A DNA stretch of 64,000 bases, taken from the IMG/VR virus record IMGVR_UViG_3300017987_005478, positions 63,918 to 127,917 of that record. One strand, given 5' to 3'. Source of the stretch: a virus (Duplodnaviria > Caudoviricetes). Below, piece after piece: positions 1-9,778 of the stretch. Under the pieces are notes generated by a model, which worked only from the letters and a program-made list of their open reading frames with translations, was not told where the DNA came from and ran no database searches. Made by a program: the position numbers and the translations under genes. The number at the start of each line of letters is the position of its first letter. Position 1 is the stretch's first letter.

Positions 1-1
1 C

Positions 2-811
2 AATTGTCATATTATGAACATTGTGCTCAATACCACAATCCATATCCGCTGGCAGAATCTTCCAAATAGCTGGCAATAGTTTATCAGCCATATGAACATC
101 CAATTTGTCATCGATGATTTTATCAAATTGAATGCTCAATTCATCAGATTGTTCCACCAACTGACTCTCATCGAATACATTTGAGAAATCGTAATATGGA
201 CTTTTTGCAATATCCACAAATGTGATATCACTGCTGATTCCCGCTTCTGACAACATAGATACCAACTTGTGTAGATAAGGAACGGATTCATTATCGACTG
301 TGATTTCTGCCACAGGGTCTTTAATCAATTCTTTACCATACAAGTTCTTTAACGCCAGAAGTTTTGCATATCCAGATAAACTCTTATCAAGTCTATGCGG
401 ATCTACCTTATCCGGATCCATTACAATAACTGGATCCACAGAGGCAGTATAACCATTGATATGGTCGACCTCAACCATCAAATCTTCAAACATAGGCATT
501 ATTTCTTTTGAGTTATTTGAGATGATGGTGTAATGAATATCATTCTCATTACAGAAATTAACAATTTGGGCGAGATCCTTCCGCAATAAGGGTTCGCCGC
601 CATAAAGGATGTGGAATGCATTCGGATTGTGTTCTTTAATTTTTGCGAGAACTTCCAGAATGTATTCCGTTGACATTTCATGTTGGTGGTAATGTTTCAT
701 GTCCGGATATTTATCCGGTTTTCCTTTATAGTTCCTCACCAGAGCACAATATTCACATCGTAAATTACATCTCCTGGTGAGCAACCAACTCACAATCTGG
801 ATTTTGTCCAT
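2..811 (-). CDS. Radical SAM protein (3' end runs off the window; absent from ORF track)
   Basis: Manual translation from ATG at 811 (RBS AAGGAGG): MDKIQIVSWLLTRRCNLRCEYCALV...LYGGEPLLRKDL; CxxxCxxC and GGEP motifs; frame open to the window edge. Confidence 0.9.
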   Translation of the reverse strand, partial: MDKIQIVSWLLTRRCNLRCEYCALVRNYKGKPDKYPDMKHYHQHEMSTEYILEVLAKIKEHNPNAFHILYGGEPLLRKDLAQIVNFCNENDIHYTIISNNSKEIMPMFEDLMVEVDHINGYTASVDPVIVMDPDKVDPHRLDKSLSGYAKLLALKNLYGKELIKDPVAEITVDNESVPYLHKLVSMLSEAGISSDITFVDIAKSPYYDFSNVFDESQLVEQSDELSIQFDKIIDDKLDVHMADKLLPAIWKILPADMDCGIEHNVHNMTI

Positions 812-824
812 TCGGCCTCCTTCT

Positions 825-1034
825 CTAGAAATATACACCTGACTTCCTAGATAAACAATCTAGGTAAAATTCATCAGCGCATTCTTCTGTGCAAAATCTT
901 GCAAATCTTTCTTTACCTTGATGATCGACCCAACAAGACTTTACAGTTGTTTGTCCGGTTTTTATACCTTTCCTGCAATTCAAACATTTCGTTCTTTTCC
1001 CTTCGAATACTTCCTTAATTAAATTCTCACGCAT
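825..1034 (-). CDS. Small Cys-rich (zinc-binding) hypothetical protein
   Basis: CLNC...FCTEEC, TRASH-like Cys spacing; co-oriented in the operon. Confidence 0.6.
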   Translation of the reverse strand: MRENLIKEVFEGKRTKCLNCRKGIKTGQTTVKSCWVDHQGKERFARFCTEECADEFYLDCLSRKSGVYF

Positions 1035-1156
1035 AAAAACCTCTCTTCACAAAATTATCCAAAGAATCAATAACCAACATGGAATTGAGAAAATTACTCC
1101 ATTTGCAATACCAACCACGGGTCTATCACACGGGTATTTAGCTTTGAATAACATAA

Positions 1157-3337
1157 TTACCCCCTGAAGCTGAGAACTTCGTCAGATTCGATTTGGTCAA
1201 TATGACGATGTGAAATAACTCCAACCCACTTATCCTTTGACACCATCTTTATGAGATTTGCTACAAAGCCGATGTTTTCGTCGTCAAGAGCATCAAATAT
1301 CTCATCAAAGAGTAAGAGATTAAATTCCACATCTTGAATCATACTCTGTAAATCACATAAAGTTAAAATTGTCCCAATATCAACTATTCGTTCTTGACCA
1401 CCTGACAATTTCACTCGCGCGTCAGCATGTGTGGTGTTATCAAAAACCTCAACTGAGATCTTATCTCGAAACTCCCCAGCCTTTGTAGCTTTGAGAGTAT
1501 CGAATGTAACAGAATATCTCCCGTTGGACAGTTTATACATATATTCAGCAATTTTCTCATTCATAAATGGAATTGCTTCATCAATAAGCATAGACTGAAT
1601 ACCCGATGGAGAAAATCCTATTCTCCAAAATTGAACCATCTTCAATTCACGTTCTAGAGTTTCTTTGTTTGTTTGATACTCCTCAGTTTTACTCCTAAGT
1701 TCTTCTAACTTTACAATCAAAGAACGAAACATTGATTTGTCAAATTCACTTTCCTCTTCTCGTTCAAGAGCTTCTTTATTACCGGCGTAGTCAACTTGCG
1801 TGCTCTGCAGCTCTTGTTGGAATGAAACCCTCTGATCCAAAACTTTTTGGAGTTCTTGTTTGGACGTACTTAGCACATCTTTCTGTTTCTCCAATGTGAG
1901 TTTCTTACCCTCAATGGCTTTTGTCCATTCTAGTTTGGTCTCTACAACCATTGCGTCCAACTTTGTTATTGCTGCAGTAAGTCGCTCTTGCACACCTGCT
2001 GTTTTTTGGTCCTCTTCCTCCTTTAATATAAGAAACTCTTCGTTTCTTTTCTTTTTAATGTCGTCAGACTTAATTTGACACTCGTTCTTTCTATGTTGAT
2101 TTTCTCGTAGTGCCTTTTGGTTTGTTGTAAGACATGTTTGAAGGGCGTCAATTTGCTTATCAAATCCAGCTATTTTGTCATTGATATGCCCAATACATTC
2201 CTTTGTAATTTCTTGAAGACAAGTTGGGCAAACAGACAATTCAGAATCAATTCCTAGATCATTTGATCGATCCTCAAGACCTTTTATCTCACTTTCCTGA
2301 GATGCAATCGTCGCCAGCAGTTCTGTTTGATCAGCATCTAGAAGTTTGACTTCTTCGTCCACATCCTTTAATTGTGCGTTGTAATGCTCTGAGATTTCAT
2401 CTCGTTTTAACTGGAACTCTTCTAAAACCAATGTTTTTGCTTCTTGTGCGTCCTTCTCCATACCTGCGAGAGTTGCCTGCGCTCGAGTTTCAATCTTATC
2501 TCGTTCAGCCTTCTTTTCTGACTCGATAGAATCTAACTCATTATTGACAACAGCTAGTTGCTCAAGCACATCTTGCATCTTTGTGTCAAACCCATCAGAC
2601 TCCTTTATTTTGTCTTCAAGGTCATGAATTTTGGTTATGAGCAAAGATTTGATGGTTTTGAGATTGTTGAGAGCTTCGTCCTTATGTTGCTCGAATTCTT
2701 TTTGCAATTCCTTTTGTCTCTCAATATCAGACGCCGTTTGTGTTATCAGACTCGTTGAAACAGAAATATCATTGACAAGCACTTGAATATCATTCTCGAC
2801 ATCTTTTACTTGCCTACCAGCCTGTTGATGAAACATAACATAATCACCGAGCTTCAGTATCTTTCTAAAGATCTCTTTTTGCTCAGAATCTTTTAGGTCA
2901 GTAAAGAAAGTCTTCACTTTTTGACCAAAGAGAAGGGTATTTGTAAATAACTTATACGGAACCAAGAGTTTCTCAATTTCTGGCAGAACCTCTTTATGTC
3001 CTTTATGGGTCACAACATCATTCTTTTTGAGTGTGACTGTATTACCTAATCGAGTAAATTTCACATAACGGTCTACTCGATAAACATCATCCCCCACTGT
3101 AAATTCAACCCACACATGACAATTTTTCTTCGTTTTGTCATTTAGGACATCTTCACCTCTTCCCTTTTCACAAACCCCGTATAAAACATAGGGTAATGCT
3201 TGGAACATTGATGTTTTTCCAGAACCATTTGGTCCAGTGACCAATATTAATTGTCCATCCACAAAATTTATTTCAACTGGTTCGATATGGTTGCAGAAAT
3301 TCTTCATCCCAAGATGTCGAAATTTCACTTGCTTCAT
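1157..3337 (-). CDS. SbcC/Rad50-like recombination ATPase (T4 gp46-like)
   Basis: Walker A GPNGSGKT, long coiled coil with CPTC zinc hook, LSGGQ signature, Walker B LLLFDEIFD, ISH. Confidence 0.95.
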   Translation of the reverse strand: MKQVKFRHLGMKNFCNHIEPVEINFVDGQLILVTGPNGSGKTSMFQALPYVLYGVCEKGRGEDVLNDKTKKNCHVWVEFTVGDDVYRVDRYVKFTRLGNTVTLKKNDVVTHKGHKEVLPEIEKLLVPYKLFTNTLLFGQKVKTFFTDLKDSEQKEIFRKILKLGDYVMFHQQAGRQVKDVENDIQVLVNDISVSTSLITQTASDIERQKELQKEFEQHKDEALNNLKTIKSLLITKIHDLEDKIKESDGFDTKMQDVLEQLAVVNNELDSIESEKKAERDKIETRAQATLAGMEKDAQEAKTLVLEEFQLKRDEISEHYNAQLKDVDEEVKLLDADQTELLATIASQESEIKGLEDRSNDLGIDSELSVCPTCLQEITKECIGHINDKIAGFDKQIDALQTCLTTNQKALRENQHRKNECQIKSDDIKKKRNEEFLILKEEEDQKTAGVQERLTAAITKLDAMVVETKLEWTKAIEGKKLTLEKQKDVLSTSKQELQKVLDQRVSFQQELQSTQVDYAGNKEALEREEESEFDKSMFRSLIVKLEELRSKTEEYQTNKETLERELKMVQFWRIGFSPSGIQSMLIDEAIPFMNEKIAEYMYKLSNGRYSVTFDTLKATKAGEFRDKISVEVFDNTTHADARVKLSGGQERIVDIGTILTLCDLQSMIQDVEFNLLLFDEIFDALDDENIGFVANLIKMVSKDKWVGVISHRHIDQIESDEVLSFRG

Positions 3338-3338
3338 A

Positions 3339-3686
3339 TTATTCTCCCCAGATATCGTCGCCGTAAATCTCCTTTAAGAGCTCGAGCTCTTTTGGTTTTA
3401 ATCTCTGCATTTTCTTCAAGGTCTTGACCCCGAAAGTTTTGAACAATTCTTTCCGAAGTTCTCTTTTGGACATAGAGTTTCGAATAGATTGCACAAATGC
3501 TTTGACATATCTTCTACAATTTGGATAATCTTTTATGTCTATCATCAACATTGTTACAGTTGGAATATTCATATAGATCATCTTTTGTTTTTGTAATTCC
3601 TCAGCGGTCTTTGGCGTGCCTTTATTGACATCCTGACCAAGGTCAACATTACGTCCCATTATTGTTTCCTCTCTCTGAAGTACCAC
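3339..3686 (-). CDS. Hypothetical protein (start possibly 3659)
   Basis: ORF packed between gp47-like and gp46-like genes. Confidence 0.55.
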   Translation of the reverse strand: MVLQREETIMGRNVDLGQDVNKGTPKTAEELQKQKMIYMNIPTVTMLMIDIKDYPNCRRYVKAFVQSIRNSMSKRELRKELFKTFGVKTLKKMQRLKPKELELLKEIYGDDIWGE

Positions 3687-3844
3687 TCGATGGCTCCGCT
3701 GATATGATATGCTGGACCCATCAGGATTAACAGAAAATAGTAATCCGGTTTGAGTTCTTTCCCTTTTCGATAGTCATTAATACCGACCGTGACCGAAGTT
3801 ACTATACCGACACCAAGCCAGACGATGATGAGTAAGATGTACAT
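3659..3844 (-). CDS. Small two-TM membrane protein
   Basis: MYILLIIVWLGVGIV...YYFLLILMGP after RBS GGAGG; two hydrophobic segments. Confidence 0.55.
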   Translation of the reverse strand: MYILLIIVWLGVGIVTSVTVGINDYRKGKELKPDYYFLLILMGPAYHISGAIEWYFRERKQ

Positions 3845-4854
3845 TCTATTTCCTCCCCTGTCGTAGCTCGAATGATATCCAATGCACATCTTAGATAAGC
3901 TTCCTGTTCTTCAGCAGGAACTTCCTGAATTTCCATATACCGCTTCAGCTTATCTACAGTGGACATACTCGAGTCAATTCCTCTATTCGTAATATCTTTC
4001 TCGACCTTATCAATAATTCGAAAATCTTCTCGTAAATCCTCAACATTCACATCACCCGAAATTCTATGAAGATTTACAATATGACCTTCTTCTTGTAATT
4101 TCTTCGCTTCGAGGACTTGTTCTTCTTTATTCTCCGACGTGATTTCAATAACATAATGTTTCTTGTAACCTGTTGTTGGGACAGATTGCACACTGTCGGC
4201 TTCAGTATCAACCACCAAAAAACGTTTTTCCTCGTGTTTCTCACCCCAGTCCAATTGTATAATAGAACCTGGGATAATTACATTGCCTATCTCTTGCGGA
4301 GCATGATAATGTCCGAATATACACCGCCCATACCGTCGCAGGTCGCCGATCTTGATGTCAGATATAATAGATATACCGCTATTTAATTGCGCCTCATTTA
4401 ACCCTAAATGCGACACTAGAAAGGGTGAGGTATTCTCCTTTATTGTCTTGACCATCGTTTTTGCATGCCATGGAACAAACAATATTTCCTCGACTTGCTT
4501 CGGCTCGTGCATCATTACCACGTTTGGTTCATTATCCACACATTTGAGAGCAGATACTCCTTCACCAGACTTCGAAGACATATCATGGTTTCCATCTATA
4601 ATCCAAAAGGTAAGCTTAGGATTATAATCTCGTATCCAATCTAATAATACAGATTGAGCCAGAGAATGTATAATGCTCTTTGTATGGAATGTGTCACCCG
4701 CAATAACAATATTCTCAATAGAATGAGCAATCGCATATTCTGCAATGTCTCGTAATACGAAGTTAAGATAATACAATCTCTCAGGCATCCCTTTGATTAT
4801 AGGATCTTGAGAATACATTGAGAGATGTAAATCTGCTATACCAATAAATTTCAT
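3802..4854 (-). CDS. SbcD/Mre11-like nuclease (T4 gp47-like)
   Basis: Metallophosphoesterase motifs ADLH, AGD, GNHD, GHYH; start adjusted to MKFIGIADLH (ATGA overlap with upstream gene). Confidence 0.93.
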   Translation of the reverse strand: MKFIGIADLHLSMYSQDPIIKGMPERLYYLNFVLRDIAEYAIAHSIENIVIAGDTFHTKSIIHSLAQSVLLDWIRDYNPKLTFWIIDGNHDMSSKSGEGVSALKCVDNEPNVVMMHEPKQVEEILFVPWHAKTMVKTIKENTSPFLVSHLGLNEAQLNSGISIISDIKIGDLRRYGRCIFGHYHAPQEIGNVIIPGSIIQLDWGEKHEEKRFLVVDTEADSVQSVPTTGYKKHYVIEITSENKEEQVLEAKKLQEEGHIVNLHRISGDVNVEDLREDFRIIDKVEKDITNRGIDSSMSTVDKLKRYMEIQEVPAEEQEAYLRCALDIIRATTGEEIECTSYSSSSGLVSV

Positions 4855-5285
4855 ATCGTTTCTCCGTCTTTCGAACCCCAACCACCGTGACGAATACCCC
4901 ATTGACCATCTACTATTTGATCAATTTTGTCTTGTATTTCTTTATTACTGATATTGAAAATTGCTCCACAACCCATAGATGAATCCCATTTTCTTATTAC
5001 TAGCTCAAGCTCTTCAAGAATGTCCAGAACCGCCCAATATGCAATGTATTCAACACCATCCTCACAATATGTCATCACATCGCTTGCTATCAGTCCGAAC
5101 TGAGATACAACCATGTCTTCAAGAGATTCAGCCTCCGGATCCTCATTTGTAATCCACTCTTTATAATCTTTTTTGGATTGCTCTGGTATTAGATGTAGGA
5201 ACTTTTGTATTTCTAATTTCTCTGGAATAAACACCATAAACGAGGTTGAGGAACTATTCGTTACCTCACTTGCTCGAAATTTCAT
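4851..5285 (-). CDS. Phage hypothetical protein with N-terminal VTNSSSTSF motif
   Basis: MKFRASEVTNSSSTSFMV resembles the widespread phage (F)VTNSSS(S/T)SF N-terminus family. Confidence 0.65.
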   Translation of the reverse strand: MKFRASEVTNSSSTSFMVFIPEKLEIQKFLHLIPEQSKKDYKEWITNEDPEAESLEDMVVSQFGLIASDVMTYCEDGVEYIAYWAVLDILEELELVIRKWDSSMGCGAIFNISNKEIQDKIDQIVDGQWGIRHGGWGSKDGETI

Positions 5286-5466
5286 ACGTCCTCACTGAAA
5301 TTGTTCTTTTTTTGCCTCTAACTCGTATCTCTTGTTCTGGTTTCTCCATGTTGTGACGTCTCCACAGTTGATATGACTTACAATAAGAGGAACATGTCAC
5401 GCCTACAATACATTCATCACATGGACATAATACCGGAACTTCACCGACTTCATAAGGGTTTATCAT
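5266..5466 (-). CDS. Small Cys-rich protein (CPCxxCxVxxxCxxxC)
   Basis: CPCDECIVGVTCSSYC; same motif in 14002..14370. Confidence 0.6.
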   Translation of the reverse strand: MINPYEVGEVPVLCPCDECIVGVTCSSYCKSYQLWRRHNMEKPEQEIRVRGKKRTISVRTYEISSK

Positions 5467-6866
5467 AATTTGCCTCTAAGAATTTTCATAGCAGTTTTTT
5501 CATCTACTGGGTGCAAATTACGAGCTTGGTCGACAACAATATGTTGTACAAACCATCCCTTCGACTCATAATATTGTTTACGTCCATAATAACTGCTTGA
5601 GATTTCTGGACACCCGATGTCAACCATGTCGATAACGATTGGTTCTTGTTTGTCTGGATAAGCTCTGTTTATTCGACCAACCATTTGATGTATATTTTTG
5701 ATTGGTGAAGTCATAATACAGACATCTTTCCATTGAGCATCTACACCATCACGGCATTTACCTGGAGTTGAGAACGTCATTCTTTCTTCTAAAGCTTCCA
5801 ATGGGCATCCAGCCGTAAACATTGCTTTACTATTATGTTCTATATCGTCAAAGACAGCATCCAAGACTTTTAATCTTTCAGCAATATACAATACATGACG
5901 ACTTCGAAATTTCTCAAGTAAAGCTTTGCTCACACCCAACACCATTTCTGAATTCTTTATGAGATTAAGATATCTACTCCTTTGGAATTGACCTTCCCAT
6001 CTGAGATATTTAAATCTCTTTGGAATATCAACTCCGAAATCAAATAACAGGACCGTTACTCTTGCTGGTAGTGTATCTGATGTATCTTCATCCTTATATG
6101 TATCTCCAAGGTGATACTCAATAATATCTGTATTACCATCCCATCGATATGGTGTTGCGCTCAACCCAAATACCACTCTAGATGGAATATGAATAGACGC
6201 CTCAGAAAATGTGGGTGCTCCTATTGTAGTATGAACTTCATCTCCAATAAAGATTCCCACTCTAGCTTTATCAAGCTCAACTAAGAACTGCATTCGTTTT
6301 CGATTTAAGATTGACAATAGAGTTTGGTTTGTGGTGATAATCACCGGTTTTTGTAAATCTTCCTCAAATTTAGTTGAGGAAAGTCTAGCAATATCATCCT
6401 CCTTCAAATTCGTAAATGTAAGAAATCTATTCTTCCACTGCTCGACCAATGAATCACGGTGAACAAGAATCAAAGACTTCTTCTTTCTTGTCGCAATCGT
6501 ATAAATACTGATCACAGTTTTACCCATTCCAGGTTGTAGCTCAATAATACCACTGTCGTTCTCGAGCATATATTTTATAGCATTTTCTTGGGCTTCATTC
6601 CGTGGAGTAATATTATGACTAATTTTGATATCTTTCCCTTCATGTGATACGTCACGTATTTTACAATCGACATATTCATGAATAGGAAAGAACCTTGGAA
6701 TGGTCAGATAATTTGGTGTTTCTATAAAGAATTTTTGTATGACGTAATCTGGAGTATTGTATTGCTTTTGTCTCCTGAATAAGTGCGCTCTGATCTTGTG
6801 ATAGAACGTCTCATTTTTATACTTCTCAGGAATTGTAATCCCAGATCTTCTCGTCAGTTCAATCAT
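5463..6866 (-). CDS. uvsW: SF2 DNA helicase, UvsW-like
   Basis: LQPGMGKT, DEVH, SAT, QMVGRINR motifs; 467 aa. Confidence 0.85.
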   Translation of the reverse strand: MIELTRRSGITIPEKYKNETFYHKIRAHLFRRQKQYNTPDYVIQKFFIETPNYLTIPRFFPIHEYVDCKIRDVSHEGKDIKISHNITPRNEAQENAIKYMLENDSGIIELQPGMGKTVISIYTIATRKKKSLILVHRDSLVEQWKNRFLTFTNLKEDDIARLSSTKFEEDLQKPVIITTNQTLLSILNRKRMQFLVELDKARVGIFIGDEVHTTIGAPTFSEASIHIPSRVVFGLSATPYRWDGNTDIIEYHLGDTYKDEDTSDTLPARVTVLLFDFGVDIPKRFKYLRWEGQFQRSRYLNLIKNSEMVLGVSKALLEKFRSRHVLYIAERLKVLDAVFDDIEHNSKAMFTAGCPLEALEERMTFSTPGKCRDGVDAQWKDVCIMTSPIKNIHQMVGRINRAYPDKQEPIVIDMVDIGCPEISSSYYGRKQYYESKGWFVQHIVVDQARNLHPVDEKTAMKILRGKL

Positions 6867-6869
6867 TTG

Positions 6870-7304
6870 TTACTCCGAATATTCCGTCATACTTCCATCA
6901 TTTTCCCAAACACGAATCCAATCTAGGACCAGCCGAGAATCTATTTTATTGACGTAATTTTGTATCTTCAAGAATAAGTATTCCGCAAAGACCTCCGCAG
7001 TCGGGTCAACATCTTCATCATACAAAACTCTTGTTTTAAACCCAGCCTTGGTTGAAAATTCTTTCACTGTAGTGTCAGAATTATTTACTAAAATAGCATG
7101 GTCGAACTGATCCAACATTGGTTCTACAATTGTCTTAATATCTTTAAAGTCAATAACCATGTCATTGTCATTCAACACAAACGACGAAATTTGTACCTCA
7201 AGTTTTAAGTTGTGACCGTGAATATTTTTACAAAGACCTTTGTGTTTACTCAACCTGTGACCCACAGGCACTTTAAAGATTTTTCTAACACGCCATATAG
7301 CCAT
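6870..7304 (-). CDS. queD: 6-carboxytetrahydropterin synthase (QueD/PTPS)
   Basis: GHRL...CKNIHGHN, MVIDF, FDHA, PTAE, VWE motifs. Confidence 0.93.
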   Translation of the reverse strand: MAIWRVRKIFKVPVGHRLSKHKGLCKNIHGHNLKLEVQISSFVLNDNDMVIDFKDIKTIVEPMLDQFDHAILVNNSDTTVKEFSTKAGFKTRVLYDEDVDPTAEVFAEYLFLKIQNYVNKIDSRLVLDWIRVWENDGSMTEYSE

Positions 7305-7307
7305 CCG

Positions 7308-7790
7308 TTACCCTCCTTGACATGGTATTGGGTTAAGACTTCTCCAACCGTCGTCTTTCCCCAAAAAGAATTTTCTATTACCAATAAACAGAGTGCTTTC
7401 ACCATTCTCACACCCAGTTTCAATTTTACCTTGAAGTTGATAACATGGAAACATTTGAATATCTCCATAACTATCTTTTTCACCATAAAAGAACTTTGTC
7501 TTGTTGATATAGACAATTGCTCTGCCCTCATCATCAACCAACTGACAATCTATGGTTGGTGTGCCCTGCACCGTTTCAATCTTTTGTTCTTTGTCAGTAC
7601 TAGTTGTTACGGTAATTTTTACCGGTGAGTTCTCAGAAACAACTCCAGCAATCTCCTTGATGTTGGCGACGCCTTCTTTTAATTCTTCCTTATTATCCTT
7701 GACGTAATCAAGAACAAGACCAGCTATTGCACCAATAATCACAATAGCGATCAACAACTCGAACAACGTAAATCCTTTCTGTGATTTCAT
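7308..7790 (-). CDS. Type IV pilin/pseudopilin-like protein with prepilin N-methylation motif
   Basis: MKSQKG|FTLFELLIAIVIIGAIAGLV class III signal (G|F, E at +5, hydrophobic helix); four Cys in C-terminal domain. Confidence 0.85.
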   Translation of the reverse strand: MKSQKGFTLFELLIAIVIIGAIAGLVLDYVKDNKEELKEGVANIKEIAGVVSENSPVKITVTTSTDKEQKIETVQGTPTIDCQLVDDEGRAIVYINKTKFFYGEKDSYGDIQMFPCYQLQGKIETGCENGESTLFIGNRKFFLGKDDGWRSLNPIPCQGG

Positions 7791-9130
7791 AACAATTCCT
7801 TTCCCGCCTTACTATATTGGTCCAAGACGTATTTTTCGATATTCGTTAAGTTATCTTTTAATTCCTTCACTTTTTCTTGGAGTTTAGCTGTATCCGTATC
7901 AACAGTTAATAATTTTTGAATTGGATACTTGGAAAGAATTTCCTTAACCACGTTCGATCCAACACTCGATTGATTTGACAACTCCATTACTTTTTCACTC
8001 AGCGGTGCTTGTCTAAATTTTTTGTCAGTCATTAATTTAGATAAAGGACCCCGCAACATGGACAAAGCAGTCAATTCTTTGATTGACTCGTTGGTCTTAT
8101 CTATTTCATGATTCAACATTTTGATATTAACACCAGTGAACATTTTATAAGTATTCAATAACATTTCATCAACAGGCACAACTCGAGTCTGATTATTGGT
8201 ATCTGTCATTGTTATTTCAAATGTTACCGATCCTGTCGTGGCTTCTTGAATAGCTTTGAGACAAGCTTTATAAATCTTATCTCGGTTTCTTTGCTTTAAG
8301 ACACTGAAGACAATCTCAGTTCCGACCTTTTTACTTGAAGAGTCAATATATCCAATATCCTGGTTATCTAACATCTTCTTTATGGCTGCTTTATTGAGAA
8401 TGGATTCAAATCTCCGACCAGGCGGCCAAGATTTCACGATGACTTTGCAAAGAGCAGCGTTGGTTTTAATAACACCTTTCATTGGTATTGCTGCTTTTCC
8501 CGTGGTGAGTAATTTCTCCAAAGTTTTTGCATCAGCTATAATTTGACAATCCGACCTTGGAGATATGGTGGGTTTGGTTTTCCTGATCCCAAGCAACCAC
8601 ATGAGTCGCTTATGGAGATCAGAAATTAAATAGGTTGGTATGACAGTCCGATAACCAAAACCAATACCTTGACTATAATCCTTTCCAATAAGACATACAG
8701 GAAACATAGTTGGAAGAAAAAGCGGTTCTTTATCATCTTTTGACTCGCTCTCAACCCAAGGCACGTGTTTGATATACTTAAACATTAAAGAATAAGTTCT
8801 CGAACTCAATTTACATTCCGTGTATCTCATAGCCGCAGGTGGAGATGGATCTACTCCAATGGAGCTTCCAAAATTTCCTTGTTTTTCTAGAAAACCTTGA
8901 TTAGCCATTTGGACTATCGTTCCATATGTAGTGCTGTGTGGATGGAACCGAGCAATACAAGTTCCATCCACCCTTGGACACTTTGCAAATTTCTCTCTTG
9001 CGACCAGATACGCAGATAACAATACCCTACGCTCGACTGGTTTTAACCCATCCAGATCTAAAGGAAATGATCTGAAAGCGTTAATATAGTCACCGTAGCT
9101 TTTATACTTCCTTGGTATTATCTGGTCCAT
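7787..9130 (-). CDS. Type II topoisomerase A subunit (GyrA/ParC/T4 gp52-like, no C-terminal pinwheel)
   Basis: DGLKPVERR, FHPH, QGNFGS, catalytic AAMRYTE. Confidence 0.95.
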   Translation of the reverse strand: MDQIIPRKYKSYGDYINAFRSFPLDLDGLKPVERRVLLSAYLVAREKFAKCPRVDGTCIARFHPHSTTYGTIVQMANQGFLEKQGNFGSSIGVDPSPPAAMRYTECKLSSRTYSLMFKYIKHVPWVESESKDDKEPLFLPTMFPVCLIGKDYSQGIGFGYRTVIPTYLISDLHKRLMWLLGIRKTKPTISPRSDCQIIADAKTLEKLLTTGKAAIPMKGVIKTNAALCKVIVKSWPPGRRFESILNKAAIKKMLDNQDIGYIDSSSKKVGTEIVFSVLKQRNRDKIYKACLKAIQEATTGSVTFEITMTDTNNQTRVVPVDEMLLNTYKMFTGVNIKMLNHEIDKTNESIKELTALSMLRGPLSKLMTDKKFRQAPLSEKVMELSNQSSVGSNVVKEILSKYPIQKLLTVDTDTAKLQEKVKELKDNLTNIEKYVLDQYSKAGKELL

Positions 9131-9140
9131 CCGGTTCTCC

Positions 9141-9293
9141 CTATTTCTGTTTTTCTTTTAAGCGTCTGGTTTTCTTCTCCATTCGCTTTTTATGTTTTTC
9201 CTGCTTACGCAGCTTGTTGGTCTCCCGTCTCTTTTCTTGTTGGTACTTCTGTGATGCTGGCTTCTTGCTGTTCCGTCCTGGTCTTTTTGACAT
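9141..9293 (-). CDS. 50-aa very basic protein (absent from ORF track)
   Basis: RBS GGAGG then MSKRPGRNSKKPASQKYQQEKRRETNKLRKQEKHKKRMEKKTRRLKEKQK*; fills the gap before the topoisomerase A gene. Confidence 0.6.
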   Translation of the reverse strand: MSKRPGRNSKKPASQKYQQEKRRETNKLRKQEKHKKRMEKKTRRLKEKQK

Positions 9294-9777
9294 GCGTTCC
9301 TCCGTGCACATGATATCTTAGAATCCAAAAGAATGTGTATAATTGGTAGTTATCATATAATTCAATCGTGAATTGCCTCTGATTATCCTCATACGACCAA
9401 TAAACCCACTCGTCACGAAATCCTTCACAATATACTGAGTTGATTTTCTTGTCTTTAAATAATCCAAGAAAGTCAATACTCAATTCGACTCCAACTGGAG
9501 CACGAACAGACAATTTCCAATCATAGAAATTATATCGTGCAATGAATCGAAAATCATTCCATGTCAACTCAAATACCGGAAGAGTTACTGATTTGGACGT
9601 ATGGGTGCTAATAACCATAACACCATCTCGAATACCTCTAAATTCTTCTTGTGATCTAGCAAGAATGCTTGGAATGGTATCCCGAAACATCTTAACTTGA
9701 GGCCACAGACCTCCTTTGTAGATCAGATTTTCGTCTGGTTTGTTTTTGTTAAACCATTCTTGAAGTTTCTCGTACAT
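9205..9777 (-). CDS. Hypothetical protein between topoisomerase subunits
   Basis: 190-aa ORF, aromatic-rich, HTSKS motif. Confidence 0.7.
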   Translation of the reverse strand: MYEKLQEWFNKNKPDENLIYKGGLWPQVKMFRDTIPSILARSQEEFRGIRDGVMVISTHTSKSVTLPVFELTWNDFRFIARYNFYDWKLSVRAPVGVELSIDFLGLFKDKKINSVYCEGFRDEWVYWSYEDNQRQFTIELYDNYQLYTFFWILRYHVHGGTHVKKTRTEQQEASITEVPTRKETGDQQAA

Positions 9778-9778
9778 C

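Noticed and set aside
2-811. Calling the radical SAM gene queE or nrdG
   Set aside because: Longer than 270 aa and lacks the family-specific context I would expect; left as generic radical SAM
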